DNA from: Amoebidium appalachense
Taxonomy: Eukaryota > Protista > Ichthyosporea
Reading direction: 5' to 3'
Assembly: GCA_963693365.1 (NCBI GenBank)
Contig: CAVNZM010000011.1
Span: 7,615,937-7,679,936 of the forward strand
DNA: 64,000 nt
Under the pieces are notes generated by a model. That model did not search any database, had not been told where the DNA came from, and saw nothing but the letters and a program-made list of their open reading frames with translations. Made by a program: the position numbers and the translations under genes. The first letter of the stretch is position 1. Each line of letters begins with the position of its first letter. Shown here piece by piece: positions 9,904 through 20,062 of the stretch.

Positions 9904-10134
9904 ATGTCCGTGCTCGCCAACGTGATGATGTTTGTCTTCTGGGCGCTCGCCGTCGGCTCCATGGCCGGGTTCATGAGCCTGTACAGCGCCATGACGAAGG
10001 AGAAGTGCGTCGAGGCCGCCGTGAAGAACAGGTACGAGGCCTCGAACACTGCCGTGATGGTGGCCCTGGTGGTCACCGTGTTTGCGTACCTCATCTACGG
10101 CGTGTACGCGTCGGCCTCCTCCGCGCAGGTATAA
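9904..10134 (+). CDS. Small two-TM membrane protein
   Basis: MSVLANVMMFVFWALAVG...VMVALVVTVFAYLIYGVY; two hydrophobic segments. Confidence 0.7.
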   Translation: MSVLANVMMFVFWALAVGSMAGFMSLYSAMTKEKCVEAAVKNRYEASNTAVMVALVVTVFAYLIYGVYASASSAQV

Positions 10135-10171
10135 AGGGAGCTCGTCCGCAATTGTTGCGCCCAGTCTCAGT

Positions 10172-10564
10172 ATGGGTGCCGTCGCCTCGCAGCCCATCGT
10201 GTGCGCGCCGGTGCAGACCTTCTTCGTCACCACGGACGCCGACTGCTCGCCCGTCCTGGTCACCAACCGTCTCATGGGCACGCTGACCGTGGACTCGACC
10301 CGCGTGACCGTGTGGGCGTCCACGCGCCCGCTCTACTTTCTGCCCACCACGGGCCTCAAGGCCATGCCCCCAGACCAGTACCTGCCGGCGGCCGTGCAGC
10401 ACGGCTGCGACGCACTGCTGGCGAACCGGCTGGTGCTGGGGGGCGACCCCGAGTCGCTGGGGCTCGTGCGCCTGGCCGACATGACGCCGCGCGAGTTCAA
10501 GCAGTACCGGCCGATCTTCGTGTCCGGCACCGTCACCACGTCCATCACCGTGCCGCAGCTCTAG
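10172..10564 (+). CDS. Hypothetical protein, possible N-myristoylation (MGAVAS)
   Basis: ATG directly after TATA+CAGT promoter; MGxxxS start. Confidence 0.65.
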   Translation: MGAVASQPIVCAPVQTFFVTTDADCSPVLVTNRLMGTLTVDSTRVTVWASTRPLYFLPTTGLKAMPPDQYLPAAVQHGCDALLANRLVLGGDPESLGLVRLADMTPREFKQYRPIFVSGTVTTSITVPQL

Positions 10565-11219
10565 GCGTCATAGTCTCGCACCACGCCAGGTCCTTGAGGA
10601 ACAGCCCCATGTTGAAGTACTGCACCAGGCTGTTGAGTCCCGCCAGGAACGGCCGCCGAAACATCGGGTTGCCGGCCATCCCCGGCACCGGGTGGTTCCA
10701 GCGCGACTTGAGCGCCACCTCGAACACCTCGTCCGCGAGGAACCACTGCATGTTGCGCTTCTCCAGGAAGTCGTACTTGACGCGCAGCGTGCCGTCGCGC
10801 ACCTCTGTCGACCCCGGCAGAGCCAGCTGGCCTGCCGACAGCGCCTGGCGCGCAGCCCGGAACCGGTGCGGCAGGTGCGGGTCAAATGGGATCTGCACCA
10901 TATACGTAATAAAGTAGCGGTTCTGACCGGCCGCTCCCGCAAACCTGAGCACGTACGCCCGGTCCCGCAGGATGCCCTCGAGCATCGGGCGGGGGATCAC
11001 AGTGTCCAGTGTCTCCTCGTAGAACTCCATGACCGTGGTCTCCTCCACGGTCAGGCCCGCCTTGAGCCTCCCGCCAAACACCCCGTACCTCCCGTCACTG
11101 TCCTCCTGTCCGAGGAGGAACAGCACGCGACGGTCGTGCACGGCGTAGGGTAGTACGCCGGCGCCGATGATGCGACAGTCATCGTCGTGGTAGGGGATGC
11201 ACATGTCCAGGACCTTCAT
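10545..11219 (-). CDS. Nudix hydrolase (viral decapping-like)
   Basis: GAGVLPY...FLLGQE...FGGRLKAGLTVEETTVMEFYEET, a degenerate Nudix box typical of NCLDV enzymes. Confidence 0.8.
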   Translation of the reverse strand: MKVLDMCIPYHDDDCRIIGAGVLPYAVHDRRVLFLLGQEDSDGRYGVFGGRLKAGLTVEETTVMEFYEETLDTVIPRPMLEGILRDRAYVLRFAGAAGQNRYFITYMVQIPFDPHLPHRFRAARQALSAGQLALPGSTEVRDGTLRVKYDFLEKRNMQWFLADEVFEVALKSRWNHPVPGMAGNPMFRRPFLAGLNSLVQYFNMGLFLKDLAWCETMTPRAAAR

Positions 11220-11572
11220 CAAGTGGAGGGGAGATAATCTGGGGTGGGGTCGGTGCCAAACTCACCAGAAACTTGGGGGCGAGCGCGCCCGGCCGGTCTG
11301 GGTGAATATCGGGTGAACCAGGGTGGCTTCAGCGCGAAGGGGTCAAAAAACGGTCAAAGCAGCGCAGGTTTGGCCAATAGCAGGTGAAGCTAGCGCGAAG
11401 TTGGTGAATATTCAATGAAGAGGCAGGTGTAGGGTTCTCCAATAAACGGTCAAAGCAGCGCAGGGTTTGCCAATATCCGATCGACCAAAAACAAATCCTC
11501 GGTCAATATCCGGTGAACCCCAATTCGTGTACGACGAAAATCCTAGTAAACACAAAACTAAATTGGCGCCAT

Positions 11573-11860
11573 CCCCGGCCAATATCCAGCGAACCCCAAA
11601 ACGAAGTCGCGCCATCCCCGGCCAATATCCAGCGAACCCCAAAACGAAGTCGCGCGACCCCCAGCCAATATCCAGTGAACCCCAAAATGATGTCGCGCGA
11701 TCCCCAGCCAATATCCAGTGAACCCCAAAATGATGTCGCGCGATCCCCGGCCAAAATCCAGTGAACCCCAAAACGATGTCGCGCGACCCCCAGCCAATAT
11801 CCAGTGAACCCCAAAATGATGTCGCGCGATCCCCGGCCAAAATCCGGTGAACCAAAACAG
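11573..11860. repeat. Tandem array of about 7 x 43 bp
   Basis: Unit ccccggccaatatccagcgaaccccaaaacgaagtcgcgccat with starts at 11573, 11616, 11659, 11702 and onward. Confidence 0.9.
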
Positions 11861-12280
11861 AACCTCAGTCAATATCGATCGATCCACGGAGCATCCCTTT
11901 CAATAATGCTTGAATCAGATTCACCCGCTATTCGATCTGATTGGTCGAAAACGGCCAAGATCAATCGAGCCCGGGATTCACACTCTGACCAATCAGAACG
12001 CGCAGAAATTCAAAGCCAGTGCTCCGATGTTTCAGCCAATCAGAGCGCCCCACATTAGATCACGAGACCCAGCCAGTATGTTTCAACTCATTCGCAAATA
12101 TCTTTATTTATTTTGAGAGTGGCCAGGTGCGCTCCAAATAAAAAAAATGCAATGCAATCCCGTTGGACCAAACTTGCATCCCGGGCCCCGAATTTTACAC
12201 ACCTGGCCAGCCAGATGATACAAAACACACCCGAACCCGCCATCCCCACAGCAGCCCTGCCAATTGTTGGGGATGACAGG

Positions 12281-13213
12281 CTACCCCAGCACGTGCTTCT
12301 CCAGGAAGCGCACGGGGTACACCTTGACCGGGCGCAGGTCCCCCTGCACCATCTTCAACGTCTCCTCGGGCTCGCAGCCCTCCTGCTCGCGCCACGTGCG
12401 TGCGAGCATCCGGCCGACCGTGCTGCTGGACCTGTCGGTGATGCCCCGGTCGACGAGCAACTTCCCGACGGTCACGTACCCGCCGATCGCAGACTCCTCG
12501 ATGGCCGCACGCTCGCCGGCGGGCACGAGCACGTTGGCCACGGCGTCGTTGAGCAGCATGCGCATGCGCGGGTCCCTGTCGAGGCCGAACTCCTCGAGGA
12601 GGCTGCGGTAGCTCTTGATGTTCTCCACACGCATGCGCCCGTTCTCCTCCTTCATGCGCTCGTTCTCAATGTGCATGCGCTCGACCTCGGCCTCCTCCCG
12701 CTTCACGCGCAGGCGACGCTCCTCCTCCAGCTCCTCGCGGCGCCGCTTGCGGTCGGGGGTCTCGTCGGTGCCGTTGCGAAAGAACTCACGCTCCTCGGGG
12801 GTGCTGGCGTCGTAGCGCGCCTCAATCTCGGGGATGAGGGAGACGTCGCCGGAAAGCAGCCGGGCTATGTAGGTGGCACACGTCCTGCGGAACTCGTGGG
12901 CGCGCTTGCCGGGAAGCAGGAAGATGATCTCGAGGAGGACACGGAAGGGGGCCACATCAGTCTGGTTACCCTTGCCGTTGATTTTCAACCCATGAGTCTG
13001 ACTCACGAGTTCACTCACGGGTGGATCCTTGCTATCCTTCAGGGCCTTCCAGGCTTGTCGAGCCGCGTCTCGGTTTCCAAGCACAATGGTTGCGGTATCC
13101 AGGACACTCGCCATCTTCGTATCCTCGTCAACACGTAGGACGGTGCCCTTGAACTGGGGGAACTCCCTCCAGAGAAGCGATATGTCGCCTTTTTTGTTCT
13201 GCTCACCAGCCAT
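12281..13213 (-). CDS. Bro-N-like DNA-binding protein with coiled coil
   Basis: RVDEDTKMASVLD...INGKGNQTDVAP...LLPGKRAHEFRR...LSGDVSLIPEIE N-terminal domain of a giant-virus family. Paralogues at 13.2, 25.7, 26.7 and 28 kb. Confidence 0.75.
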   Translation of the reverse strand: MAGEQNKKGDISLLWREFPQFKGTVLRVDEDTKMASVLDTATIVLGNRDAARQAWKALKDSKDPPVSELVSQTHGLKINGKGNQTDVAPFRVLLEIIFLLPGKRAHEFRRTCATYIARLLSGDVSLIPEIEARYDASTPEEREFFRNGTDETPDRKRRREELEEERRLRVKREEAEVERMHIENERMKEENGRMRVENIKSYRSLLEEFGLDRDPRMRMLLNDAVANVLVPAGERAAIEESAIGGYVTVGKLLVDRGITDRSSSTVGRMLARTWREQEGCEPEETLKMVQGDLRPVKVYPVRFLEKHVLG

Positions 13214-13261
13214 GCCGTGTCAGAATGACGGGTTCTCCCCGGATACGTGGTCTTTTATACC
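13211..13261 (-). promoter_or_regulatory. TATA + initiator core promoter (representative copy)
   Basis: GGTATAAAA-N-TCATT-CTGACACGGC-ATG; equivalent copies at 8129, 10128 (+) and 13980, 26666, 27964, 28419, 33257 (-). Confidence 0.75.
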
Positions 13262-13933
13262 CTCCAGTCCACCCATTGCAATCGTCACAATGTCATTCAC
13301 TACGCTGTACACACAGAATCCCTCTGCGTGCGGGTTGTAGCGCAGCCACCGGCATCCCAGAGCCTTGGTTATGAAGTTCTGGCGCTCCTCCTCATACACT
13401 GGGTTGCGACCATCATGGTTGTGCTCATCGCACTCGACTGCCAGATTAAGAGCCGGAAAATAGAGATCGATCCGGTAGGGTTTTACACAGAATTGTAGCG
13501 AGCTTTCAAAGTACGCCGTGCACCGCCGGATAACAGAGATTGTTTCACTTTCGATGTAGGTTTGCATCATCACACCTACCGGCAATTCAAACTTGGAAGC
13601 CCAGTAGGTCTTTCTGTCGGCTGATATTCTGCAACCAGGGAGGATGGCCGCAACTATCTGGCGCATCCCATCCCAAGGTGCTACCGGCGTCGGCGTGCCT
13701 TTGCCATTGATACGGATAACAGAAACACTTGAAACTGTGGATAGACTAGGACTGCTTTTAAACGACTTCCATGCTTGACGGGCAGCGGCACTGTTACCAA
13801 GCATGATGGTCAATGTGTCCAGAACGCTAAACTTCGCATCATGCCCCTCTCCGTGCACCCTAATCAATTTAAACTGGGGGAACTCCTTCCAGAGCATCGA
13901 CATGTCGCCTTTTTTGTTCTGCTCGCCAGCCAT
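13220..13933 (-). CDS. Bro-N-like domain fused to Vsr/DUF559-like endonuclease
   Basis: Same N-terminus as its neighbour. C-terminal YRIDLYFP..NLAVECDEHNH...ERQ...LRYNP is a PD-(D/E)XK motif. Confidence 0.8.
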   Translation of the reverse strand: MAGEQNKKGDMSMLWKEFPQFKLIRVHGEGHDAKFSVLDTLTIMLGNSAAARQAWKSFKSSPSLSTVSSVSVIRINGKGTPTPVAPWDGMRQIVAAILPGCRISADRKTYWASKFELPVGVMMQTYIESETISVIRRCTAYFESSLQFCVKPYRIDLYFPALNLAVECDEHNHDGRNPVYEEERQNFITKALGCRWLRYNPHAEGFCVYSVVNDIVTIAMGGLEGIKDHVSGENPSF

Positions 13934-14139
13934 GCTGTGTCAGAATGACCGGTTTTGCACGGGCGTCGCCCTTTTATACCTTCAGACCAGGAGAACGGGG
14001 GCCCCGACGCCCGGCACGGTTGGTGTCGGCCTCCCAGGCTGCCAGCCGCTTGTCGTACAGCCCCAGCTCGCAGTAAACTGCATCAACACGGAAAGTGCGC
14101 CGGACGTGCACATGTAGCAATCTTTTTGGGGTCCCGGGT

Positions 14140-16281
14140 ATGGCGAATATTCTGGAGGATCTGGACTTGGTGGAAAACATGGAGGACGAGGACACGGACA
14201 GCATGGAGGACGAGGGCACGGACAGCATGGAGGACGAGGACACGGACCCCTTCTCAGATGCGTATTTTGAATTCCTGGAAGCTGCAGGGGTTGTTGAGCC
14301 TGGCACGACGGTCGACGACTGGTTCTGCGCCGACCCGGCAGACATAAGTGCGCTCCGGACAGGTAGAAACTGGTGGCCGAACAAGCGCGCTGTTCAGGAG
14401 GCCGTGGACAACGGCACGGTGCAGCGGGCGATTGAGCGCCTGCAACAGCAGGGCCTGGAAATGCCCGAAGGACGGGGGATGGAAGACCTAATAATCGAAA
14501 CGCTGGTGTTCATGCGCGTGGCCCGCCAGGCACTCTCCGAGTCTGGGATGGTGCGAAAGGTGTCAACCTTGTGGGGTGGGGAGCCTGAGAACCGCGACCC
14601 CTACATACGCGAAAATCTGGAAGATCTGGTGAGCCCCGCCGTGCGCGAAGAGGTAAAGGCGGCCAAGCGCAACGGGGACGAGAATGCCATTCAAAATATT
14701 ATGGATGATCCGGAAATCCGCGCCCAGATCACAGACGCGCTGTGGTGCAGGGCTGCTCGCAGGGCCAATCGTCTCAAGCGCCTGGAAACAGCTCTGTACA
14801 TGTCCGAGGGGCTCACCAAGAGAGAGTACATATTCAGGTACGCAGATGAGTTGTTTCCCTCGTACGCCGCGGCACGGATACGTAATATACCAATGGGTGA
14901 TAACGAAGCATGGGAAAGGGCCGTCGAAACTGAAATGCTAGACGAAGCTGTGGTGGAGGAAGTCCGGAAGAAACTTATGAAACGCGCCACCAGTATTGGC
15001 GGCAAATATGTCGGAATCTTCCAGTTGGCTCTCAACGAGATGATAGCAAGCCACGGTGGCGTCATTCCAAACATGCAACAACGTCCCCACAATGGCGATG
15101 TCGAAATGGCTGTAGAACCCGAAGCCCCGGATTCGGAGTCGATGCCCCAGGCTCCATCTGGTAGCACTGCACCGGTGTCCGGGTCTGCCATGGATCTTTC
15201 GCACGCGGAGGGCGATGAAGATGATGCGAACATTTTCGAATGGACCGCACAAGGCCTTGTCAAACTATTCGCTACGTTGACCGCTGACTCTCCGCACCAG
15301 GCGAATCGGCTTTGTTATGAGCACAAGTGGGAGCTTGTTGACAAGTTTGAGTTGTTCGCGCGCGGTGCGCTCGAGATCGCCAGACGACGTCAAATGAAAG
15401 AAGATTTGGGCAAAATGCTGAAGGCAGATTTGGACGCAGAAGAGGCAGACGCTAAAGACGAAGAGGACGAGGAGGACCGCGCGTTTGTGGTCCCTGATGA
15501 CGACCCGGAGGTGCAGCCACCAGACAACAATGCACCCGACACCCTTTCCGACGAGCTCCGCGACCTGAGGGCTGCGGTACAGATTGCACAACCCGAGACC
15601 AGGATCGAAGCCGTGAGGCAGGTTCTTGACTGGCTGGCGAGACAGCCGAACGGGGTGTACCACCCACCGCCGCCACGGATGCTGTTCCACAGGTTGCCGT
15701 CTCCATTGGACCTGTCAGACTGGCTCACCCGGACGATTTCTCCCATGGATGAAGAGGACATGAGGATCCCAGAAGGGGTTTACAACGCGCTGCAGAAGTG
15801 GATCAGGTACACGAAACTTAGACGCCTAGAAGCCCTGCGCGCAAATTTCAGACCGGCCCCGTCGACCGCGGAGTTAGAGGCATACGTAGAGAGAATGTAC
15901 AGGGCGATCAACGGCTTGCTCCCGGATCGCTTCCACAACCACACTAATGATTGGACGGGACGGTTTGATGCCTACCCCAGCGAAACAGCAGCCATCATAC
16001 TCCTTTCTGGGGCAGAACCCCGGGGGGATCCATTGGCGGCGGCAGACGGCGACCCCATATTTGCGAGGATGCTCATCATCGCCGCAGGGGTCCAGGGATT
16101 GCACGATGCAGGGGTTTTTCAGTTTACAGGTGTGGAGTCGCCGGTTAGACCGGTGGTTGAAGACTTGCCATTAGGACCGGCTGGCAATACCCGGTGGACG
16201 CGGTCTGGAACAACGCATGCCCTGAGGACCACCAAAAGGCAAAGGAGACAGCTCAGGCATTACAGGCCACCCGGGCAGTAA
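14140..16281 (+). CDS. Large acidic hypothetical protein
   Basis: About 713-aa ORF from ATG 14140; N-terminal 24-bp repeat x3 (MEDEDTDS). Confidence 0.75.
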   Translation: MANILEDLDLVENMEDEDTDSMEDEGTDSMEDEDTDPFSDAYFEFLEAAGVVEPGTTVDDWFCADPADISALRTGRNWWPNKRAVQEAVDNGTVQRAIERLQQQGLEMPEGRGMEDLIIETLVFMRVARQALSESGMVRKVSTLWGGEPENRDPYIRENLEDLVSPAVREEVKAAKRNGDENAIQNIMDDPEIRAQITDALWCRAARRANRLKRLETALYMSEGLTKREYIFRYADELFPSYAAARIRNIPMGDNEAWERAVETEMLDEAVVEEVRKKLMKRATSIGGKYVGIFQLALNEMIASHGGVIPNMQQRPHNGDVEMAVEPEAPDSESMPQAPSGSTAPVSGSAMDLSHAEGDEDDANIFEWTAQGLVKLFATLTADSPHQANRLCYEHKWELVDKFELFARGALEIARRRQMKEDLGKMLKADLDAEEADAKDEEDEEDRAFVVPDDDPEVQPPDNNAPDTLSDELRDLRAAVQIAQPETRIEAVRQVLDWLARQPNGVYHPPPPRMLFHRLPSPLDLSDWLTRTISPMDEEDMRIPEGVYNALQKWIRYTKLRRLEALRANFRPAPSTAELEAYVERMYRAINGLLPDRFHNHTNDWTGRFDAYPSETAAIILLSGAEPRGDPLAAADGDPIFARMLIIAAGVQGLHDAGVFQFTGVESPVRPVVEDLPLGPAGNTRWTRSGTTHALRTTKRQRRQLRHYRPPGQ

Positions 16282-16332
16282 ACAAGCGAACACAGTCGAA
16301 GCCACCAAAGTTTTGGGGTGTTGAATCTATAG

Positions 16333-17840
16333 ATGGCACACGGGCGAGGGAATGATGTAGTGGAAAGATTTCCCGTGAAGCCGCGCTGCTTTTTCAGGTT
16401 CGTAAAGAAAAATGCAGAACATTTTGTGGAAGAAACGCCGGTCTCCCCCAGCACTCAGACGTACGCATGGACACCGGAAAACGGTTGCCTCTCCCTCTCC
16501 CTGGAAAGCACAGAACCCGACACGATCCCGGTGTATCTTGCCTGTGTTAAACGTCTCCGGTTCGATGCGCAACAGGATGGCTACTCCGTGAATATCGAGT
16601 TCGAGAACCAAGATAGTCCTGGGATACGCACCTTCGACACAACTTACGATTCGGTTCGAAACTTCATGTTGGACAAGAGGGGCAATGCTTTCAAGGAGAT
16701 CATGGTGAAGCACGCCCCATACCAGATCGAGGAGTACAAAAAGAGTACCATCCCTGGGAACCCAACACCCCCATATTTGCAGGAGGATTCGGTAGCAGAC
16801 TTCTTGTTTGACAAACTGTACCGCGGGGCCCAACAAATTTCGGGGTCCATAAAAGATTTGATAGGGGTGTGGGGTCTGTGTGGACTTCGCCTGCAGTAGA
16901 GGGGAGAACCAATACTATAGTAATGCTACAGACATATCTTCCGAAGTCCACAATTTTCGCCCCCGGAGAATTGCTCCGTACACAACCCAACAACGAGTCA
17001 ATGACTGTCCAGCAATCGTTTAGGAATCTCAGGAACGATGGCTTCATGACCACCATATCGATGCCTAAATGGAAGTTCTTTTTTAGGAACGAACTCGCGA
17101 CAATGTTGTTCCAATGGCTGACTGACCCCCAACGGGTGCCCTACTTTATTATATACACAGGTGAAGTGCACCATGCTTCTGTCATCATACTCGTTTCAGG
17201 TGACAAGTCGAGTATAGTTCTGGAGTTCTTCAATGTCCATGCCCCGAGTAGCACGTTGACAAAAGCCCTTGTCTCATTCATGAGAAGCGCTGATCCCACA
17301 GGCAAGCTGAAAGACATACTTCGATCCCTCAAACCCGAAAGGGTTTGCACTGATTTGCAAAATCTTCATGGAAAAAGGACATTGTACGACGAATTGTTTG
17401 ACAGAGACGAGGTGGTCGATGGGGCCTGTGCGTCTTGGTTGAGTATTTATATACTGCTGCGGACTTCACAAGCCGACTGGTCGTCCATACCGGGTGCGGA
17501 TGGGCACACCATAGGCGAGCGGATCTGCAACTTCATCAAGACGAAAATCGCAAGGGATGGGGGATTCCAAGCGGTCTATAAGGTCGGGGGAACGATCGCG
17601 ATGTACGGAAAGCGCCTGATCGAACTCTACGGGGCTAAGATGTATCAAACTGCGGATTGGTGGGCGCAAGACGGCGTCAATCAACAGGAGCGTTACCGAG
17701 AGGTCGTGGACATGGTGCTTTCCAAGAAAGTTCTCGTATTGACCGATGCCGAGCTTAAGGATGCAGGACTGCCAACACGCAAGGACGGCGAGCAACTTGT
17801 GAACGAGGTCCGAGAACAAGCGGCGCGCCTCCTCCCCTGA
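16333..17840 (+). pseudogene. Clan-CE-like cysteine protease, split by a frameshift near 16868
   Basis: The two ORFs align end to end with 22663..24180. An extra GT in ATAGGGGTGTGGGG breaks the frame. HASV..EFFN..LQ..GACASW motifs are retained. Confidence 0.75.
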
Positions 17841-17882
17841 GGGCATCAAAAGGTCAAGAATTGAGGTGGATTGATCCCTGCC

Positions 17883-18248
17883 TCAGCGGAGGACCTCCCT
17901 TCTCAGCGCAGCGGCCAGCCGCGCGAGCCAGGCGGTGCGGTCGTCGCCCAGGCGTGTGGCAAAGTCGGCATAGGACATCTGTGCCGAGAACCATTGACCC
18001 TTCTCCTCGTTCCAGTAGCGCAGGCCGTTGACATTGGAAACTTCCATGCGCGGGCACCGGCCGCATTCGCCAAAACGGGCTGTGTCGGCCTCCCAGCCCG
18101 CGGCCAGGCGCTTGTCATAAAGCAGGGCGGCACAGGCGGGTGCGTCGCAGGGCGGGTCACGACCGAACACCGTGCGCACCGCATCTCGCAGCGCAAGCGC
18201 AAGCAGGGTGGTCACGCAGAGGGCCATGAGCAGGAGTACCAGCTGCAT
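17883..18248 (-). CDS. Small protein with signal/TM segment
   Basis: MQLVLLLMALCVTTLLALAL hydrophobic N-terminus; a homologous fragment lies at ~14.0 kb. Confidence 0.65.
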   Translation of the reverse strand: MQLVLLLMALCVTTLLALALRDAVRTVFGRDPPCDAPACAALLYDKRLAAGWEADTARFGECGRCPRMEVSNVNGLRYWNEEKGQWFSAQMSYADFATRLGDDRTAWLARLAAALRREVLR

Positions 18249-18296
18249 TGTTACGTCACGGGCGCATTTTGTGCCGGCTTAATCTTCCTGTAGTGC

Positions 18297-18884
18297 ATGC
18301 ACATCACGCACGGCGACCGCTTCGTCAGCCGCAACCTCGCGCTGCTCAGCTGCCCGGTGGAGTGGCCCGAGGACCTGGCCAACACGAGGCACACGGGCAT
18401 GGGCCTGCGGTGGCGGCGTGACGGCGACAAGGTCACCGCCATGCTCGGTGAGACACGCATGTACTGGAGGGCGCTGCCCGAGGCCAACGTCGTCACGTTC
18501 ACCGATGACCCGGCTCAGGCGAGCTCTTTTGGGTTCAGCGACTGCCCGCTCCCGCAGCCCAACCACGTTCCCGACACGGGTCTGGCGGGCGTGCGGGTGC
18601 GTCTGCACGACAAAGACCTGCCGGCTCTCCCCCCACCTAGCGCACCGCCCCAGGGCCGCGTGGAGCTCGGCGTGGCCTTCTCCATCGGCGTGCTCGGCGT
18701 GGGGCCCCTGCCCATGCCCTCGTGGTTTGTGTCCTCGGTCGCAGACACGAGCCCCACCATGCAGTATGGGTTCCGCGGCGTCAACCTTGCGCTGTGCCTG
18801 CTGCACGTGTGGCGCGTGCGCGTGTGCGTGGACCTGTTCCCGTTCCCGGGCCTGACGCTTTTTCTGGCGCTGCTCGAGCTCTGA
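18297..18884 (+). CDS. Hypothetical protein
   Basis: 195-aa ATG ORF with GC3 bias. Confidence 0.55.
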   Translation: MHITHGDRFVSRNLALLSCPVEWPEDLANTRHTGMGLRWRRDGDKVTAMLGETRMYWRALPEANVVTFTDDPAQASSFGFSDCPLPQPNHVPDTGLAGVRVRLHDKDLPALPPPSAPPQGRVELGVAFSIGVLGVGPLPMPSWFVSSVADTSPTMQYGFRGVNLALCLLHVWRVRVCVDLFPFPGLTLFLALLEL

Positions 18885-18904
18885 TATTTTGTAGCCATCT
18901 ATCA

Positions 18905-19300
18905 ATGCGTGCGCTGCTCCTGTGTCCCCCCCTGCTTGCACTGGTCCTTGCGGCCCCCGAGTGCCTGGTGTTTGCGAGCTCGGCAACCCTTGCGGCAACC
19001 ACCGCGCACGTGCCGCCCAGCTCCACTGCCGAAACAAAGACGTGGTGGGCGACCCTGACGCACGTGGAGACCGTTGCAGCCACCACCACAGCCGCCGCTT
19101 CGATTCAAACCATCGAAACCACCTCGGCCTCGGAAACTCCCACCGAAACGGACACCGACGTATTCGAGATCCCCACCTCCATCACTGAAGGCGACCCAAC
19201 CGACGAACCCATGCCCACGATGCCCGTGGACCCGCCCGCACCACCCGCCGGGGTGAACGCATCCAACTGGGAGTGCCGTTGCACGCTCATCAGACGTTAA
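18905..19300 (+). CDS. Secreted Thr/Pro-rich mucin-like protein
   Basis: Signal peptide MRALLLCPPLLALVLA followed by a Thr/Glu/Pro-rich tract. Confidence 0.65.
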   Translation: MRALLLCPPLLALVLAAPECLVFASSATLAATTAHVPPSSTAETKTWWATLTHVETVAATTTAAASIQTIETTSASETPTETDTDVFEIPTSITEGDPTDEPMPTMPVDPPAPPAGVNASNWECRCTLIRR

Positions 19301-19380
19301 TCATTTCTCGGAAAACCAGAGTTGGCCTGTCCATTCTTTGTTTTGTTCAGCCACGCCAGCTTTTAATTTGCGCAAGAAGA

Positions 19381-19884
19381 ATGGACTTGTCAAATGCGAT
19401 TGCCTTAATCATTCTAATGCTTACTATCGGTGTGTTGGCATGGGCATACATCAAGTACGAACCCAAACCTGCCCCTGGCAAAAACGACAGTACCCCTAAG
19501 CCTGGCCCCGGCAAAAACGACAGTACCCCTGCAGTCGCACGGACACAGTGGTATGCTTTCGACCAAGTGGGGGACCACAGCACGGACAACACGTTTAACG
19601 ACTGGCAAGACCCGGTGAACTATGGGTACACGTCGGCCAGTCAGTGCATTAACCGATGCCAATCTATGAGCGGATGCCAACAGGTGGGCTATTCGCCATG
19701 GCAGGATATGGACGGGAAGCGGCCAAAAGGCTATTGCTACATGAGAAAAGCCGTCAAGAAATGGCCGTTGGATGCGTGGTCAAACAAGTCCGGTGTGGCT
19801 GCATCGGAATCGCAGGTCACGTATGTGATGGCCGCACAAGTGCCGGAGAGCGAGAAGCAACATGGCAAGCTGGTTGAGTTCTAG
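19381..19884 (+). CDS. Membrane-anchored protein with PAN/apple-like Cys motif
   Basis: N-terminal TM, duplicated PGKNDSTP stalk, and a CINRC...GCQQVGY...CYMR pattern. Confidence 0.6.
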   Translation: MDLSNAIALIILMLTIGVLAWAYIKYEPKPAPGKNDSTPKPGPGKNDSTPAVARTQWYAFDQVGDHSTDNTFNDWQDPVNYGYTSASQCINRCQSMSGCQQVGYSPWQDMDGKRPKGYCYMRKAVKKWPLDAWSNKSGVAASESQVTYVMAAQVPESEKQHGKLVEF

Positions 19885-20062
19885 CATGAATCAGATGAAC
19901 AAATGTAAGAAAGGCTGGCATTTCCATTGCCCCCTGGTTTGGGTGCACGCTGCTACAAAGATATTTGGCAACCTTGTTTTTCTTTGTCGTGTATATGGCC
20001 AATTTGATGGCTGTTTGATCTTGTGTCTAGAGCTGGCTTCTTTTTTATTGTGCCCCAATGTA

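Noticed and set aside
11412-11887. Repetitive ORFs over the 43-bp array (and 33989..34662 over the 75-bp array)
   Set aside because: Open in several frames and on both strands; explained by the DNA repeat.
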